Assembly: GCA_963713825.1 (NCBI GenBank)
Contig: CAVQNG010000003.1
Coordinates: forward strand, 1,824,001 to 1,888,000
From: an uncultured Acidobacteriota bacterium
Lineage (GTDB): Bacteria; Acidobacteriota; Thermoanaerobaculia; Multivoradales; JAHEKO01
Length of the DNA: 64,000 bases
Direction: 5' to 3'
Numbering within the stretch: the first letter of the stretch is position 1; each line of letters begins with the position of its first letter. A program made the translations under genes and the position numbers. The notes beneath the pieces are model-generated. The model had not been told where the DNA came from and searched no databases. It worked only from the letters and a program-made list of their open reading frames with translations. Of the stretch, positions 9,605 through 19,562 are shown one piece after another.

Positions 9605-10903
9605 ATGCAAATCTGGCGCATCTGGATGTTGAGCATTCTCGCGTTGTTCCTGGCGACAAGTGGGGCAGTAGCAGAAGTCATCGCGATCAAGGCCGACCGG
9701 CTTATCGATGGGACGGGAGCGGCCACCGTTGAGAATGCAGTTCTGTTGGTCGAGGGAGACCGGATTGTAGCTGTTGGAGCGGCAGCCGATTTGCTGATTC
9801 CGCCAGCAGCCCGAGTGATCGACCTGAAGGGGTACACCATTCTTCCGGGCCTCATGGACTGCCATGTGCACATTAGCGGTGCACCGGGCGACGGCGGCGA
9901 CACCCAGAAGCTTCGAGAATCCGAGGCTCACGAGGCGATCTACAGTGTCGCCCACGCCAAGATCACCCTCGAGGCGGGGTTCACGACGATTCGCAACGTC
10001 GGTGCGGGCAACTACTCCGATGCGGCCCTGCGAGACTTGATCGCCAAAGGAGTGGTGCCAGGGCCTCGGATGTACGTCGCCACCCGAGGCGTGGGAGCCA
10101 CCGGTGGGCATGCCGACATCAATGGTTGGAACCCAGCGCTCAATCTGCCCGGGTACGCCCAGATCGCCGACGGGGTGGATGAGCTGCGCAAGGCCATCCG
10201 GACCCAGATCAAGTATGGCGCCGATGTCATCAAGATCACGGCCACGGGAGGGGTCCTCTCAGCTGGCACCTCCCTCGACGAGCAGCAATACACCCTCGAA
10301 GAGCTTGCAGCCGTGGTCGAGACCGCTGGCAACCTGGGAGTCAAGGTTGCGGCCCATGCCCACTCGCCGGCCGGCATGAACGACGCTATCCGCGCCGGTG
10401 TGGCCTCGATCGAGCACGGCAGCCTGGTGGACGACGAGGGCATTGAGCTCATGCTCGAGCATGGAACCTACCTGGTTCCGACCCTCTACACCCTGGACTT
10501 CATCATCGAAGAGGGCGAGGCCTGGGGCATTCCGCAGTACTCCATCGACAAGGCTGCATCCATGGCGGTGCAGCAGCGCGAGCGTCTCCGCAAAGCCTAT
10601 GAGGCCGGTGTGAAGTTCGCTTACGGTACCGACGCCGCGGTCTTTCCCCACGGCTTGAACGCCAAGGATTTCGAGATTCTGGTGGAAGAGCTCGGGGTGC
10701 CGCCGATGGCAGCGATTGGCATGGCCACCCTTGATTCGGCCGAGCTGATCGGCATCTCAGAGGACGTCGGGACCCTGGAGTCTGGCAAGTGGGCGGATGT
10801 GATCGCTGTTGCCGGTAACCCACTCGAGGACATTACGCTCCTGGAGGACGTTCGCTTTGTGATGAAGGGTGGCGTGGTCTACAAGTCTCCACTCGCTGAG
10901 TAG
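9605..10903 (+). CDS. Secreted metal-dependent amidohydrolase (Xaa-Pro dipeptidase-like)
   Basis: Signal peptide; PGLMDCHVH, GFTTIRNVG, GADVIK, AAHAH, SIEHG, YGTDA. Confidence 0.92.
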   Translation: MQIWRIWMLSILALFLATSGAVAEVIAIKADRLIDGTGAATVENAVLLVEGDRIVAVGAAADLLIPPAARVIDLKGYTILPGLMDCHVHISGAPGDGGDTQKLRESEAHEAIYSVAHAKITLEAGFTTIRNVGAGNYSDAALRDLIAKGVVPGPRMYVATRGVGATGGHADINGWNPALNLPGYAQIADGVDELRKAIRTQIKYGADVIKITATGGVLSAGTSLDEQQYTLEELAAVVETAGNLGVKVAAHAHSPAGMNDAIRAGVASIEHGSLVDDEGIELMLEHGTYLVPTLYTLDFIIEEGEAWGIPQYSIDKAASMAVQQRERLRKAYEAGVKFAYGTDAAVFPHGLNAKDFEILVEELGVPPMAAIGMATLDSAELIGISEDVGTLESGKWADVIAVAGNPLEDITLLEDVRFVMKGGVVYKSPLAE

Positions 10904-10982
10904 GTGGCCGGCACTCGCATTTGCACCCTGAGGTAGATACCCGAGTCGGACGGATAGACTGGTCGTTCTGGAGGTCAACACG

Positions 10983-12629
10983 ATGCGAAACCGCTTCAGC
11001 CTGGTGATAGCTATTCTCTCCCTGTCGGTCCTCTGTCTATCGTCCTCGTTAGCAGCCTCGGCGTCTGTCGACAGCCCGACAGGCTACGACGAGCTCGTCC
11101 AGCTGTTTACGGACTGGCGCGAGTTCCAGCAGCCGGTGTTTCGGGATGGAGTGCCCGACTACACACCCCCTGCGATGGAGCGACAGCATCAGGAGCTGGC
11201 GAAGTACCAGCAGCGACTGGCGGCCATCGATACCTCTGGTTGGCCGGTGGAGCAGCAGATCGACAGCCTCCTGGTGGGCGCCGAGATGAATGGTCTCGAC
11301 TTCGATCACCGGGTCCTGCAGCCCTGGCTCAGGGATCCGGGCTTCTATGCGGTGGTGATCGATGCGGAGAGCGACACCCCCTTGCGTGAAGGTCCTGTGA
11401 TGGGCGGGGCGATCGAGCTCTGGCGACTGAGATTTCCATTGGCCGACGCGGAACTGGCGCCTTTGCAGGCGCGTCTGCAAGCCATACCGGCAGTTCTCGA
11501 GCAGGCCAGGGAGAATCTGGTGGGCAACGCCAGGGATCTCTGGCAGCTCGGCATCTGGACCCAGGATGGTCAGATCGCGATTCTCGGAGACCTCGCAGAG
11601 CAGCTTCGGCCCACACATCCCGAGCTCGTCCCCGACATCGAGCAAGCCCGCCAAGCTGTCAGTGACTTCAAGGCCTGGCTCGAGGAGCAGCTACCGACGA
11701 AGAACGGTCCCTCGGGTGTTGGCGTCGAGAACTACACCTGGTACCTGCGCAACGTCCATCTCGTGCCCTACAGCTGGGAGGACGAGCTGCAGCTGATGGA
11801 GCGGGAGCTCGCCCGTTCGATCGCCCATATGAAGCTCGAGGAGCATCGCAACCGCGAGCTGCCACCACTCGAGCCACCCGCCAATGACGAGGAGTGGCAG
11901 GCGCGGGCCGGCGCTGCAATCGAGGACTTCTTGCGTTTCCTCGACGAAGAAGCAGTCATGGAGGTCGAGGACTACATGGAGCCAGCACTTCGGGAACGCG
12001 TGGCACCGTACGCTCCGCCCGAGGCGCGGCATTTCTTCGCGCAGGTCGATCTGCGGGACCCGCGGGTCATGCGTTGCCATCACATTCATTGGATCGACAA
12101 GGCAAGGATGAGAGAGGACCCCCATTCCAGCCCGATCCGCCGGGTGCCACTGCTGTACAACATCTGGGACAGCCGAGCCGAAGGGCTGGCGACCGGCTGG
12201 GAGGAGATGATGGCGAGCGCCGGCCTCTTCGATGACAGTCCACGCAGCCGTGAGCTCGTCTACATCATGGTCGCTCAACGAGCGGCACGGGCGATCGCCG
12301 GTCTCCGGGTGCAGAGCAACGAATGGTCGGTCGACGAGGCGGTGGTCTTTGCAGCCGAGCAGACTCCGCGAGGGTGGTTCCGGGCGGATGGCAATCTCGT
12401 CCTTTTCGAGCAGCAGCTCTACCTCCAGCAGCCCGGCTACGGCACCAGCTATCTCACCGGCAAGGCGCTCATCGAAGACCTGCTCGCCGAGCGTGCTCTC
12501 CAGCTTGGCGACGCGTTCGTCCTCAAAGACGTCATGGAAGAGTTCTTTGCCACTGGAGTCATCCCCGTTTCATTGATCCGCTGGGAGATGACCGGCCTCC
12601 GCGACCCGATCCTGATGCCCGGCGACTAG
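10983..12629 (+). CDS. Secreted DUF885-like protein
   Basis: Signal peptide; RAEGLATGWEE, YLQQPGYGTSYLTGK, C-terminal GVIPVSLIRWEM. Confidence 0.75.
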   Translation: MRNRFSLVIAILSLSVLCLSSSLAASASVDSPTGYDELVQLFTDWREFQQPVFRDGVPDYTPPAMERQHQELAKYQQRLAAIDTSGWPVEQQIDSLLVGAEMNGLDFDHRVLQPWLRDPGFYAVVIDAESDTPLREGPVMGGAIELWRLRFPLADAELAPLQARLQAIPAVLEQARENLVGNARDLWQLGIWTQDGQIAILGDLAEQLRPTHPELVPDIEQARQAVSDFKAWLEEQLPTKNGPSGVGVENYTWYLRNVHLVPYSWEDELQLMERELARSIAHMKLEEHRNRELPPLEPPANDEEWQARAGAAIEDFLRFLDEEAVMEVEDYMEPALRERVAPYAPPEARHFFAQVDLRDPRVMRCHHIHWIDKARMREDPHSSPIRRVPLLYNIWDSRAEGLATGWEEMMASAGLFDDSPRSRELVYIMVAQRAARAIAGLRVQSNEWSVDEAVVFAAEQTPRGWFRADGNLVLFEQQLYLQQPGYGTSYLTGKALIEDLLAERALQLGDAFVLKDVMEEFFATGVIPVSLIRWEMTGLRDPILMPGD

Positions 12630-12748
12630 CTTCGACTCCTGCTCTATACTGGCCCGCACAACTGTGATCAGCGAGGGGGAAAGTCGCTTTCGAAACGTGC
12701 CCGGGACCTCTTCGACGCTCGGGCGTTCGGCCTGCTAGGCTGGATGGG

Positions 12749-13726
12749 ATGTCGGGTGATGTCAGGGCCGACCCACGGTTCGTTCGCCCGCGGAGCGAAT
12801 TCACTCCAGCGTACCTGAGCACCTGGGAGTCGGGGCGCCTCACCGGAAAGGTAGAGGAAGCTTTGGAGGAACTCCGAGTCTGCCGGGTCTGTCCTCGGGA
12901 TTGCGACGTCGATCGGCTGGCCGACGAGCGGGCGATCTGCAAGACGGGTCGCTGGGCGCGTGTCGCAAGCGCGTTTCCCCACCACGGCGAGGAAGACTGC
13001 CTGCGAGGATCCCGAGGCTCGGGGACGATCTTCTTCTCGCACTGCAATCTGCGCTGCGTCTTCTGCCAGAACCACGACATCTCCTGGGAAGGGAGTGGGA
13101 GGGAGGTGGCAGCGGAGGAGCTGGCGGCTCTCATGCTCGAGCTCCAGGATCTGGGTTGTCACAACATCAATTTCGTGACGCCGGAACATGTGGTCCCCCA
13201 GGTACTCGAAGGAGTGCAGATCGCAGTAGGCAGGGGACTGCGTTTGCCGCTGGTCTACAACACCAGTGGCTACGACTCGCTGCGCTCCATCGAGCTGCTG
13301 GATGGCGTTATCGACATCTACATGCCCGACTTCAAGTTCTGGGACGACGGCACAGCCCGTCGTCTGGTCCTGGCGGAGGACTACCCCGAGCGGGCTCGCG
13401 ACGCCTTCCGGGCCATGCACCGCCAGGCGGGAGACCTGGTCTTCGATGAGGAGGGCATTGCTTTGCGCGGCCTGCTGGTCCGCCACCTGGTCATGCCGGA
13501 GGGCCTGGCAGGAACCCGTGGAATCACGCGGTTTCTCGCCCACGAGCTCTCCCCCGATACCTTCGTCAACATCATGGGCCAGTACTCACCCGCCGGTCAG
13601 GTCGTCAAGAAATCCGGCCAATACTCGGAGATCGGCCGCCGCATCACCCACACAGAGTACCTGGAAGCCTTCGAGGTCGCCGTCGAAGAGGGCCTCCACC
13701 GCTTTGATCACCGCCCGTACCTCTGA
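12749..13726 (+). CDS. pflX: Radical SAM protein, PflX family
   Basis: CRVCPRDC, PHHGEEDCL, GSGTIFFSHCNLRCVFCQN (CxxxCxxC), DIYMPDFKF, GLLVRHLVMP. Confidence 0.88.
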   Translation: MSGDVRADPRFVRPRSEFTPAYLSTWESGRLTGKVEEALEELRVCRVCPRDCDVDRLADERAICKTGRWARVASAFPHHGEEDCLRGSRGSGTIFFSHCNLRCVFCQNHDISWEGSGREVAAEELAALMLELQDLGCHNINFVTPEHVVPQVLEGVQIAVGRGLRLPLVYNTSGYDSLRSIELLDGVIDIYMPDFKFWDDGTARRLVLAEDYPERARDAFRAMHRQAGDLVFDEEGIALRGLLVRHLVMPEGLAGTRGITRFLAHELSPDTFVNIMGQYSPAGQVVKKSGQYSEIGRRITHTEYLEAFEVAVEEGLHRFDHRPYL

Positions 13727-13839
13727 GCCATCCCAGCACTCCGGCACCTATCTTGCGTTCTACCCATGAGAGAGAGTGGGTTATGAACGATTTGACCGTT
13801 TATGATAGAGTCGGGGGAGCTTGAAAGGAAACAACCGTC

Positions 13840-14592
13840 ATGAATTCAGGACTTGTAGTCTCGTTGAAGGACAGAAGGATCGGAGCGCTGCTGGCGTTGT
13901 CCGTACTGTTTCTCACTGCCCTGGCCTTATTGTTGCCAGCGGATTCACCGGCCAATGACTTCGATCAGATCGTTGCAGCTGCGTTCGATCAAGCCATTGG
14001 AGAGGTTCAGATTTCAGAGATCGATGTCAGTTCCCTGACGATTTCGGAGCAGGAGCTCCTGCCGGTGTTTCCCGAGGTAGAAGGGGATAATCTGGAGCAG
14101 AGGAGCTTTCGCCTGCCGAGCGATTTCGAAGGTGAAGCCAATCTGGTCTTCATCGCCTTTCGCCGCCCTCAGCAAGCCGAGGTCGAAAGCTGGCTGCCGC
14201 TCACGAAGGACCTGGTCGAGAGGCATGCGGGTCTGCGGTTCTACGAGCTTCCCACCATTTCGGCCCGCAATGGCATGGCTCGCTACTTTATCGACAACAG
14301 TATGCGGCAGGCCATCCAAGACCGCAAAGCGCGAGAGCTCACGATCCCCCTTTATCTCGACAAGGAGCCATTTCTTCAGGCACTCGACATCCCCGATGAA
14401 GAGTCGATCCATGTTCTACTGGTCGGTAAAGAGGGTCGGATCCACTGGCGAGCCGAGGGTGCTCTGACCGAAGAATCCGCTGTGGGTCTAGAGAGGGCTC
14501 TGGCGAGGCGATTGCAGGCCAGGGCGAAGGTTGCCAGCTACGATTTCTTGGATGCCGCACCGCTCCTTGAATTCGCTTTTCTGGAGGAGTAG
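13840..14592 (+). CDS. Exported thioredoxin-fold/ATP10-like protein
   Basis: Hydrophobic N-terminus; FRLPSDFEG..NLVFIAFRRPQQAEVESW, FYELPTI, GRIHWRAEG. Confidence 0.65.
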   Translation: MNSGLVVSLKDRRIGALLALSVLFLTALALLLPADSPANDFDQIVAAAFDQAIGEVQISEIDVSSLTISEQELLPVFPEVEGDNLEQRSFRLPSDFEGEANLVFIAFRRPQQAEVESWLPLTKDLVERHAGLRFYELPTISARNGMARYFIDNSMRQAIQDRKARELTIPLYLDKEPFLQALDIPDEESIHVLLVGKEGRIHWRAEGALTEESAVGLERALARRLQARAKVASYDFLDAAPLLEFAFLEE

Positions 14593-14629
14593 CGTCGGGC
14601 ATCAAACGACGAAGGAAGGAGTCGTCCCG

Positions 14630-14854
14630 ATGCGCTACCCGGACCCGCGCCTACCGGTGGGGGAGACACTTCTCAGCACCCTGAGAAGGCTGCCCTCACC
14701 TAGATCCAACGCAGCAGCTCCGTTCTACGAGCGTCCCTGGAAGCTGAGAACAACCGTGCCTTCGGACCCGGCTGAGTGCGGCTGTCTCGAGCGTGGCCAA
14801 TCGGAGCTCATGCACCTGCTGAAGACACTCGAGTCCTACCGAGTAGAGCCCTAG
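14630..14854 (+). CDS. Small hypothetical protein, 74 aa
   Basis: AAGGAG RBS before ATG 14630; no recognisable motif. Confidence 0.35.
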   Translation: MRYPDPRLPVGETLLSTLRRLPSPRSNAAAPFYERPWKLRTTVPSDPAECGCLERGQSELMHLLKTLESYRVEP

Positions 14855-14903
14855 GGTTTCTCCAGGATTCCGTTTCGCCACCCTCGAGCGAGGGGAGCTG
14901 CTC

Positions 14904-16169
14904 TCAGCGCCAGACCAGCGGTCGCTGGACCACCGACGACCAGGCTGTCGTGTCGCCCGATTCGAAGCCGTCGGAGAAGAGCGGCTCCGCCGTCTCTTCG
15001 ATGCAGTATAGGCTTGAGAAGTTGAAGTCGCAGCTGCTGGTGAAGAGCAGGGTCCAGGCACTGTCCGCCGCGTTGGCGGCGCCCGCGCGAGCTGTTTCCG
15101 TTCCGCTCGCCGAGGTCCAGTCGGAACAAGTTCCATTGTCCCGGAGTCCGTCGCTGGCGGTCGCCGTCCACACCGCAATGTATGAAGAATACCTGCCCAG
15201 CTCTGACACATTGATGGAGGCCTCGAGTGATCCGTCCAACATGTCGGCCAGCGAGTCGGCCACCTTGACGCCATCCGGGCGGACCCTGGGTCCATCGACC
15301 AGAAAGCGATCCTTGGCGTCGGTCGTCGAGTCGGAGATCCAGGCTTTGAAACTCGAAGGATTCGCGAGTGAACCTGCCGCAGCCCGGGCCTGGCAGATGG
15401 CATCGGCGGCAGCCACTCCTGTCTGGCCTCCGGCATCGGGCCAGGAGCCCAAATCTCCCGTGCCCCTCACCGAGGTCACGAAGGCGACGGCACCCGTCTC
15501 GGCGGGTGGGGTCAGCGCAGGCCCCGATCCCGGCTCGAAGCAAAAGAGGTGAGCCGCGCCGGCACACGCCGGTGATCCGGTGTTGGTCCAGCTATACGAG
15601 CCTCGAGCCGTGCTTCCCACTTGTACAGCGACCGCAGGCGTGGCGGTCCAGTCCCCGCAGGTGCTGTGATTCGTGTCCAGAGTTCCTTCTGCGTCGGTTG
15701 CCGTAAAGACCGAGCCTGGAACGGACTCGCCATCTTCGTCGGCTGCCAGGGGGTAATAGACGACGGCTTCGGGAGGAACAAGCCGGTCGATTGTTTCGCT
15801 GAACGGCAGGCCGTCGGTCCGAACCCACGGGCCAGCGGCGACGGGAAGTTGTGCCTGGCCGCAATTGGCTGACTTCTTGCCGGTGAACCCATGCAACCTG
15901 CAGTAGGCGTCATCTGTACTCGTCGAAAGCCAGGCGATGAAGGTGTCGGCGTTCTGGAGCCCCGCGTCCGTGGCGAGAGTGCGGCAGATCTCGTCGCCGG
16001 CGCTAGCCCCGACGGCACTGCCTGCTTCAGGCCAGCTGCCGAGATCGGCCGTGCCAGTCACCGAGGTGACAAAGGCGACTTTCGGCTGCTGCGCCTCGAG
16101 CGCCGACACGAAGGCGCAAGAAAAGAGAAGAATTGTCCAGAGCCGAATCCGGCTGGTCGTCGGTTGCAT
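14904..16169 (-). CDS. Secreted protein with two endostatin-like/DUF1554-type domains and DGFESGD tail (paralog B)
   Basis: GGAGG RBS, ATG 16169, signal peptide; two copies of FVTS..G..DLGSW..AG...G..A(G/A)D.IC...A....L.N...F.AW(L/I)S; ends LFSDGFESGDTTAWSSVVQRPLVWR. Confidence 0.8.
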   Translation of the reverse strand: MQPTTSRIRLWTILLFSCAFVSALEAQQPKVAFVTSVTGTADLGSWPEAGSAVGASAGDEICRTLATDAGLQNADTFIAWLSTSTDDAYCRLHGFTGKKSANCGQAQLPVAAGPWVRTDGLPFSETIDRLVPPEAVVYYPLAADEDGESVPGSVFTATDAEGTLDTNHSTCGDWTATPAVAVQVGSTARGSYSWTNTGSPACAGAAHLFCFEPGSGPALTPPAETGAVAFVTSVRGTGDLGSWPDAGGQTGVAAADAICQARAAAGSLANPSSFKAWISDSTTDAKDRFLVDGPRVRPDGVKVADSLADMLDGSLEASINVSELGRYSSYIAVWTATASDGLRDNGTCSDWTSASGTETARAGAANAADSAWTLLFTSSCDFNFSSLYCIEETAEPLFSDGFESGDTTAWSSVVQRPLVWR

Positions 16170-16279
16170 ACTGCCTCCTCGCCCGCCAACCGGTATCCGG
16201 AGGCAGTGTTGGTAGATCAAACTGTTCGCGGTTGCGCTGATGGGCACTCTAGCATGGTGCCCCCGGGGGGGGGGCATTC

Positions 16280-17542
16280 TCAGCGAAAAATCAGCGGCCG
16301 CTGGACCACCGACGACCAGGCTGTCGTGTCCCCCGACTCGAAGCCGTCGGAGAAGATCGGCTCGGGTGGATCCTCGATGCAATAGAGACGCGAGTTGGCG
16401 AAGCTGCAGCTCGGGCTGTAGTACACGGTCCACGTGCTGTCCGCCCCAAAGGTGGTGCCCGCGCGAGCGGTATCTCCTCCGCTGGCCGAGGTCCAGTCTG
16501 AGCAAGTTCCGTCGAGGAGCCATCCTTCCGAGTTGGTCGCCGTCCAGGCCGCGTCGTTCGTGAGATAGGTCCCGAGCTCGGTTACGTTGATAGACGCATT
16601 GAGGGAGCCGTCCAGTAGGTCGGCGAACGAGTCCGCCACCTTGACTCCGTCTGGCCGCACTCTCGGTCCATCCGTGAGGAGGCGGTCCCTGGCATGGGTT
16701 GCCGAGTCGGACAGCCAGGCTCTGAATCTCGAGGGATTGGGCAGCGACGCCACCGCGGCCCGTACCTGACAGATGGCATCCGCCGCAGCCAATCCGGTCT
16801 GGCTTCCGGCGTCGGTCCAGGAGCCCAGGTCAGCTGATCCCGATACCGACGTCGCGAATGCAAGAGCACCAGTCTCCGCTGGTGGCGTGAGAGCGGGTCC
16901 CGCTCCAGGTTCGAGGCAAATCAGATGATTCGCCACATCGCATCGGTTGCTACCCATATTGGTCCAGCCCGCGGAACCGCGCGCCGTTCCGCCAAGGACC
17001 ACGCCATCCGGAATAGTCGAGGTCCAATCTGTGCAGGTGACGGGGTTCGGTGACACAGTGCCATTGGACATGGTTGCCGTCATCATGTATCCCTCGACGG
17101 GGTTTCCATCTTCATCGGCTGCCAGAGGGTAGTAGACGACTGATTCAGGGAGCAGTAGCCGGTCGATACTCTCCCCGAACGGCAAGCCGTCGGTCCGAAC
17201 CCACGGGCCAGCATCGACGGGCAGCTCGGCCTGACCACAGTTTGCGGACTTCTTGCCGCTGAATCCATGCAGCCTGCAGTAGGCATCATCGGTGCTCGTC
17301 GAGAGCCATGCGATGAAGGTGCCCGCATTGGCGAGTCCAGCGTCGGTGGCGAGAGTCCGGCAGATCGCGTCGCCGGCGGCCGCTCCGACGGCACTCCCTG
17401 CCTCTGGCCAGCTGCCCAGGTCGGCAGTGCCGTTCACCGAGGTCACAAAGGCGACTTTCTGTTGGGCTTCGAGCGCAGGGGAAGACAGCCCGACGAGAAC
17501 GAAGATCATCCACGCCAGGTAGCGGTAGCTGGTAGGTCCCAT
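16280..17542 (-). CDS. Secreted protein with two endostatin-like/DUF1554-type domains and DGFESGD tail (paralog A)
   Basis: GAGGT RBS, ATG 17542; collinear with the 14904..16169 product; ends IFSDGFESGDTTAWSSVVQRPLIFR. Confidence 0.8.
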   Translation of the reverse strand: MGPTSYRYLAWMIFVLVGLSSPALEAQQKVAFVTSVNGTADLGSWPEAGSAVGAAAGDAICRTLATDAGLANAGTFIAWLSTSTDDAYCRLHGFSGKKSANCGQAELPVDAGPWVRTDGLPFGESIDRLLLPESVVYYPLAADEDGNPVEGYMMTATMSNGTVSPNPVTCTDWTSTIPDGVVLGGTARGSAGWTNMGSNRCDVANHLICLEPGAGPALTPPAETGALAFATSVSGSADLGSWTDAGSQTGLAAADAICQVRAAVASLPNPSRFRAWLSDSATHARDRLLTDGPRVRPDGVKVADSFADLLDGSLNASINVTELGTYLTNDAAWTATNSEGWLLDGTCSDWTSASGGDTARAGTTFGADSTWTVYYSPSCSFANSRLYCIEDPPEPIFSDGFESGDTTAWSSVVQRPLIFR

Positions 17543-17700
17543 GGCACCTCCCACCTCCGAAATGGAGCTGTAGCGACTGTCAAGTCGTTGAGAAAAGACT
17601 GTCTCGGCACAAAAAGCCTAGCACAGGGAGAGTCTCCCAACTAACAGCAGTCCTGCGCCGGAAATGGTACGTTCGGCCCTATTCCAGAAGGGGTGGAGCC

Positions 17701-18822
17701 ATGAAGAGACGTGTCATCTCGAGCCTTCTACTTGTGAGCTTTCTGGCGGTGCCGATGTTCGGTTCGCGGAGCACCTACGACGGGCCGACGTTGCGAGACA
17801 ACTACGACGGCCCCATCCTTGTCGACAACTCCCAGCTGCGCTACCGCGGTGCCGACATGCTGAGCTTCGACACGGCCGTGTACCTGGAGCACGAGGCTCC
17901 CAACTTGATGCCGCTCCGCCCGGCGATCGACACCTGGGCTGCCATGCACGCCATTCATCCACGGGTGCTGATTCAGGTGCTGCGTGCGTACTGGCCGGTG
18001 GCGCCGACCTCGGGGAACATGGTCGAGAAGCAGACTGTCCACCAGATCGCCACCGGAATCGCTATGGTCTACCTGCGGCATCCTGAGGACCCCCTGGCAG
18101 CCTCGAAAGCGGTGATGGCCATCGCGGATGCCTACCATCTGAGGGTCGACCTGCCCGCCGAGCTGGCCAGGGGCCGGCACCTTCCGACACCCACGGCGCC
18201 ACTGGTCTTCGGTTGGTTCCAGCCGCCTTGGACGATTGGCGACACCTGGGCCGGAGGCGGTGCTCACGGTGACACTGGCAGCGGGGTCCGCAACGCGCTC
18301 GACTACTGGGGACAATGGCGCGATTGGGGTGCGGACTTGAGCCAATGGTGGGTGGCGGCGACCCAGGCCGGTACCGCACGAGTATGGTCCGAGTGCAGCG
18401 TATCGGTGTATCACGCCGATGACTGGGTGTCGACTTACTACCACCTGGAGAATATTCAGATTGCGGACCGCCAAGTCGTGGAACGAAACACGGTGATCTC
18501 GAACTACGCCAACGACAAGCCGACGGCACTTTGCCAGGGGGGCTCGTCCACGGGACCGCATCTCCACTCGGCTCTCTACCACAATGGCAACCGCGTCGAG
18601 ATCGATGAGGCCAACGTGGACTTCACCGCCTTCTCGCATCACGCTGGCGAGGGCCAGTACGACTTCAACTGTGCCACCTCCTGGTACACCCACGACACCA
18701 ACGGCAAGGTCTGCCCCTCGGCGGACCAACTCTGGAACAATGCTCCGCCCCCGAGCCCCATGCCCTTCATCGACGGCTTCGAGTCCGGCGACACCGCGGC
18801 CTGGACGAGCACTACCCAGTAG
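17701..18822 (+). CDS. LasA/beta-lytic-like M23A metalloendopeptidase with propeptide and DGFESGD tail
   Basis: Signal peptide; GGAHGDTG..ALD, STYYHLENI, ALCQGGSSTGPHLH; ends PFIDGFESGDTAAWTSTTQ. Confidence 0.85.
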   Translation: MKRRVISSLLLVSFLAVPMFGSRSTYDGPTLRDNYDGPILVDNSQLRYRGADMLSFDTAVYLEHEAPNLMPLRPAIDTWAAMHAIHPRVLIQVLRAYWPVAPTSGNMVEKQTVHQIATGIAMVYLRHPEDPLAASKAVMAIADAYHLRVDLPAELARGRHLPTPTAPLVFGWFQPPWTIGDTWAGGGAHGDTGSGVRNALDYWGQWRDWGADLSQWWVAATQAGTARVWSECSVSVYHADDWVSTYYHLENIQIADRQVVERNTVISNYANDKPTALCQGGSSTGPHLHSALYHNGNRVEIDEANVDFTAFSHHAGEGQYDFNCATSWYTHDTNGKVCPSADQLWNNAPPPSPMPFIDGFESGDTAAWTSTTQ

Positions 18823-18835
18823 CAATCGTCAGAAT

Positions 18836-18890
18836 GTAGGGGAGAGGTTCACCCCCTCCCGCGGGCGGGGGTAGGCCCCCAGGCCCCTAC
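18836..18890. repeat. GTAG-type REP-like palindrome pair
   Basis: gtaggggagaggttcaccccctccc...ggcccctac. Confidence 0.7.
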
Positions 18891-18997
18891 GACCCCAAGC
18901 CCTATTGGCGCAGGCTCCTCGGACGGACCGACCTGATCGGTGCCGTCGGCTTCAATGCTGTTGTCCTACAATGTCCGCTCAGTTGAAAGGAGAGCCG

Positions 18998-19477
18998 ATG
19001 AGCACCCGCGTCCTGCCGACACAGATTTACTACAACCTCGGAGCCCTGAAGATGAACCTCGAGGGGCTGACCCACGAGGAGAGCCTCGTTCAGCCGCAGC
19101 CAGCCGGCAACTGCCTCAATTGGATCGTCGGTCACATCCTGGCCAACCGCGCTGGCATTCTCGGTTTGCTGGGTAAGGACCCGGTGTGGAACGAGAAGGA
19201 AGCGGCACCCTACCAAAGAGGTTCCGAGCCACTGACGGATCCGGCGCTGGCCAAAGATCTCGATGAGCTCGTTGCGATGCTCGAGAACTCGCAGGAGTCG
19301 ATTCTCACGGGGATTGCTGAAATCTCAGCCGAGGGCCTGCAAGCACCGGCGCCCAGTGGCAAAGAGGGAGAAACGGTTGAGACTGGCCTTGCGGCTCTCG
19401 TCTTTCACGAGGCCTACCATGTGGGAGAGACGGGCATCCTGCGTCGCTTGCTCGGCCACGAGGGAGCCATCGGATAA
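18998..19477 (+). CDS. DinB/YfiT-family protein
   Basis: AAGGAG RBS; NCLNWIVGHI, FHEAYHVGE. Confidence 0.85.
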   Translation: MSTRVLPTQIYYNLGALKMNLEGLTHEESLVQPQPAGNCLNWIVGHILANRAGILGLLGKDPVWNEKEAAPYQRGSEPLTDPALAKDLDELVAMLENSQESILTGIAEISAEGLQAPAPSGKEGETVETGLAALVFHEAYHVGETGILRRLLGHEGAIG

Positions 19478-19480
19478 CGC

Positions 19481-19562
19481 GGGCGGGGGCAAGCCCCGCC
19501 CCTACATTGAGAGCGGTAGGTGCCGCCTTCGGGCCACGAGCGGGGCAAACCCCTTTCCTACA
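19481..19562. repeat. REP-like palindromes between convergent genes
   Basis: gggcgggggcaagccccgcccctaca (19481-19506) is the exact reverse complement of 46189-46214; a second degenerate copy ends cctaca at 19562. Confidence 0.78.

Noticed and set aside
16261-16274. G10 run between the endostatin-like paralogs as a phase-variation switch
   Set aside because: It lies downstream of the paralog A stop and outside both coding regions, so slippage would not fuse or frameshift them; a promoter effect cannot be supported.
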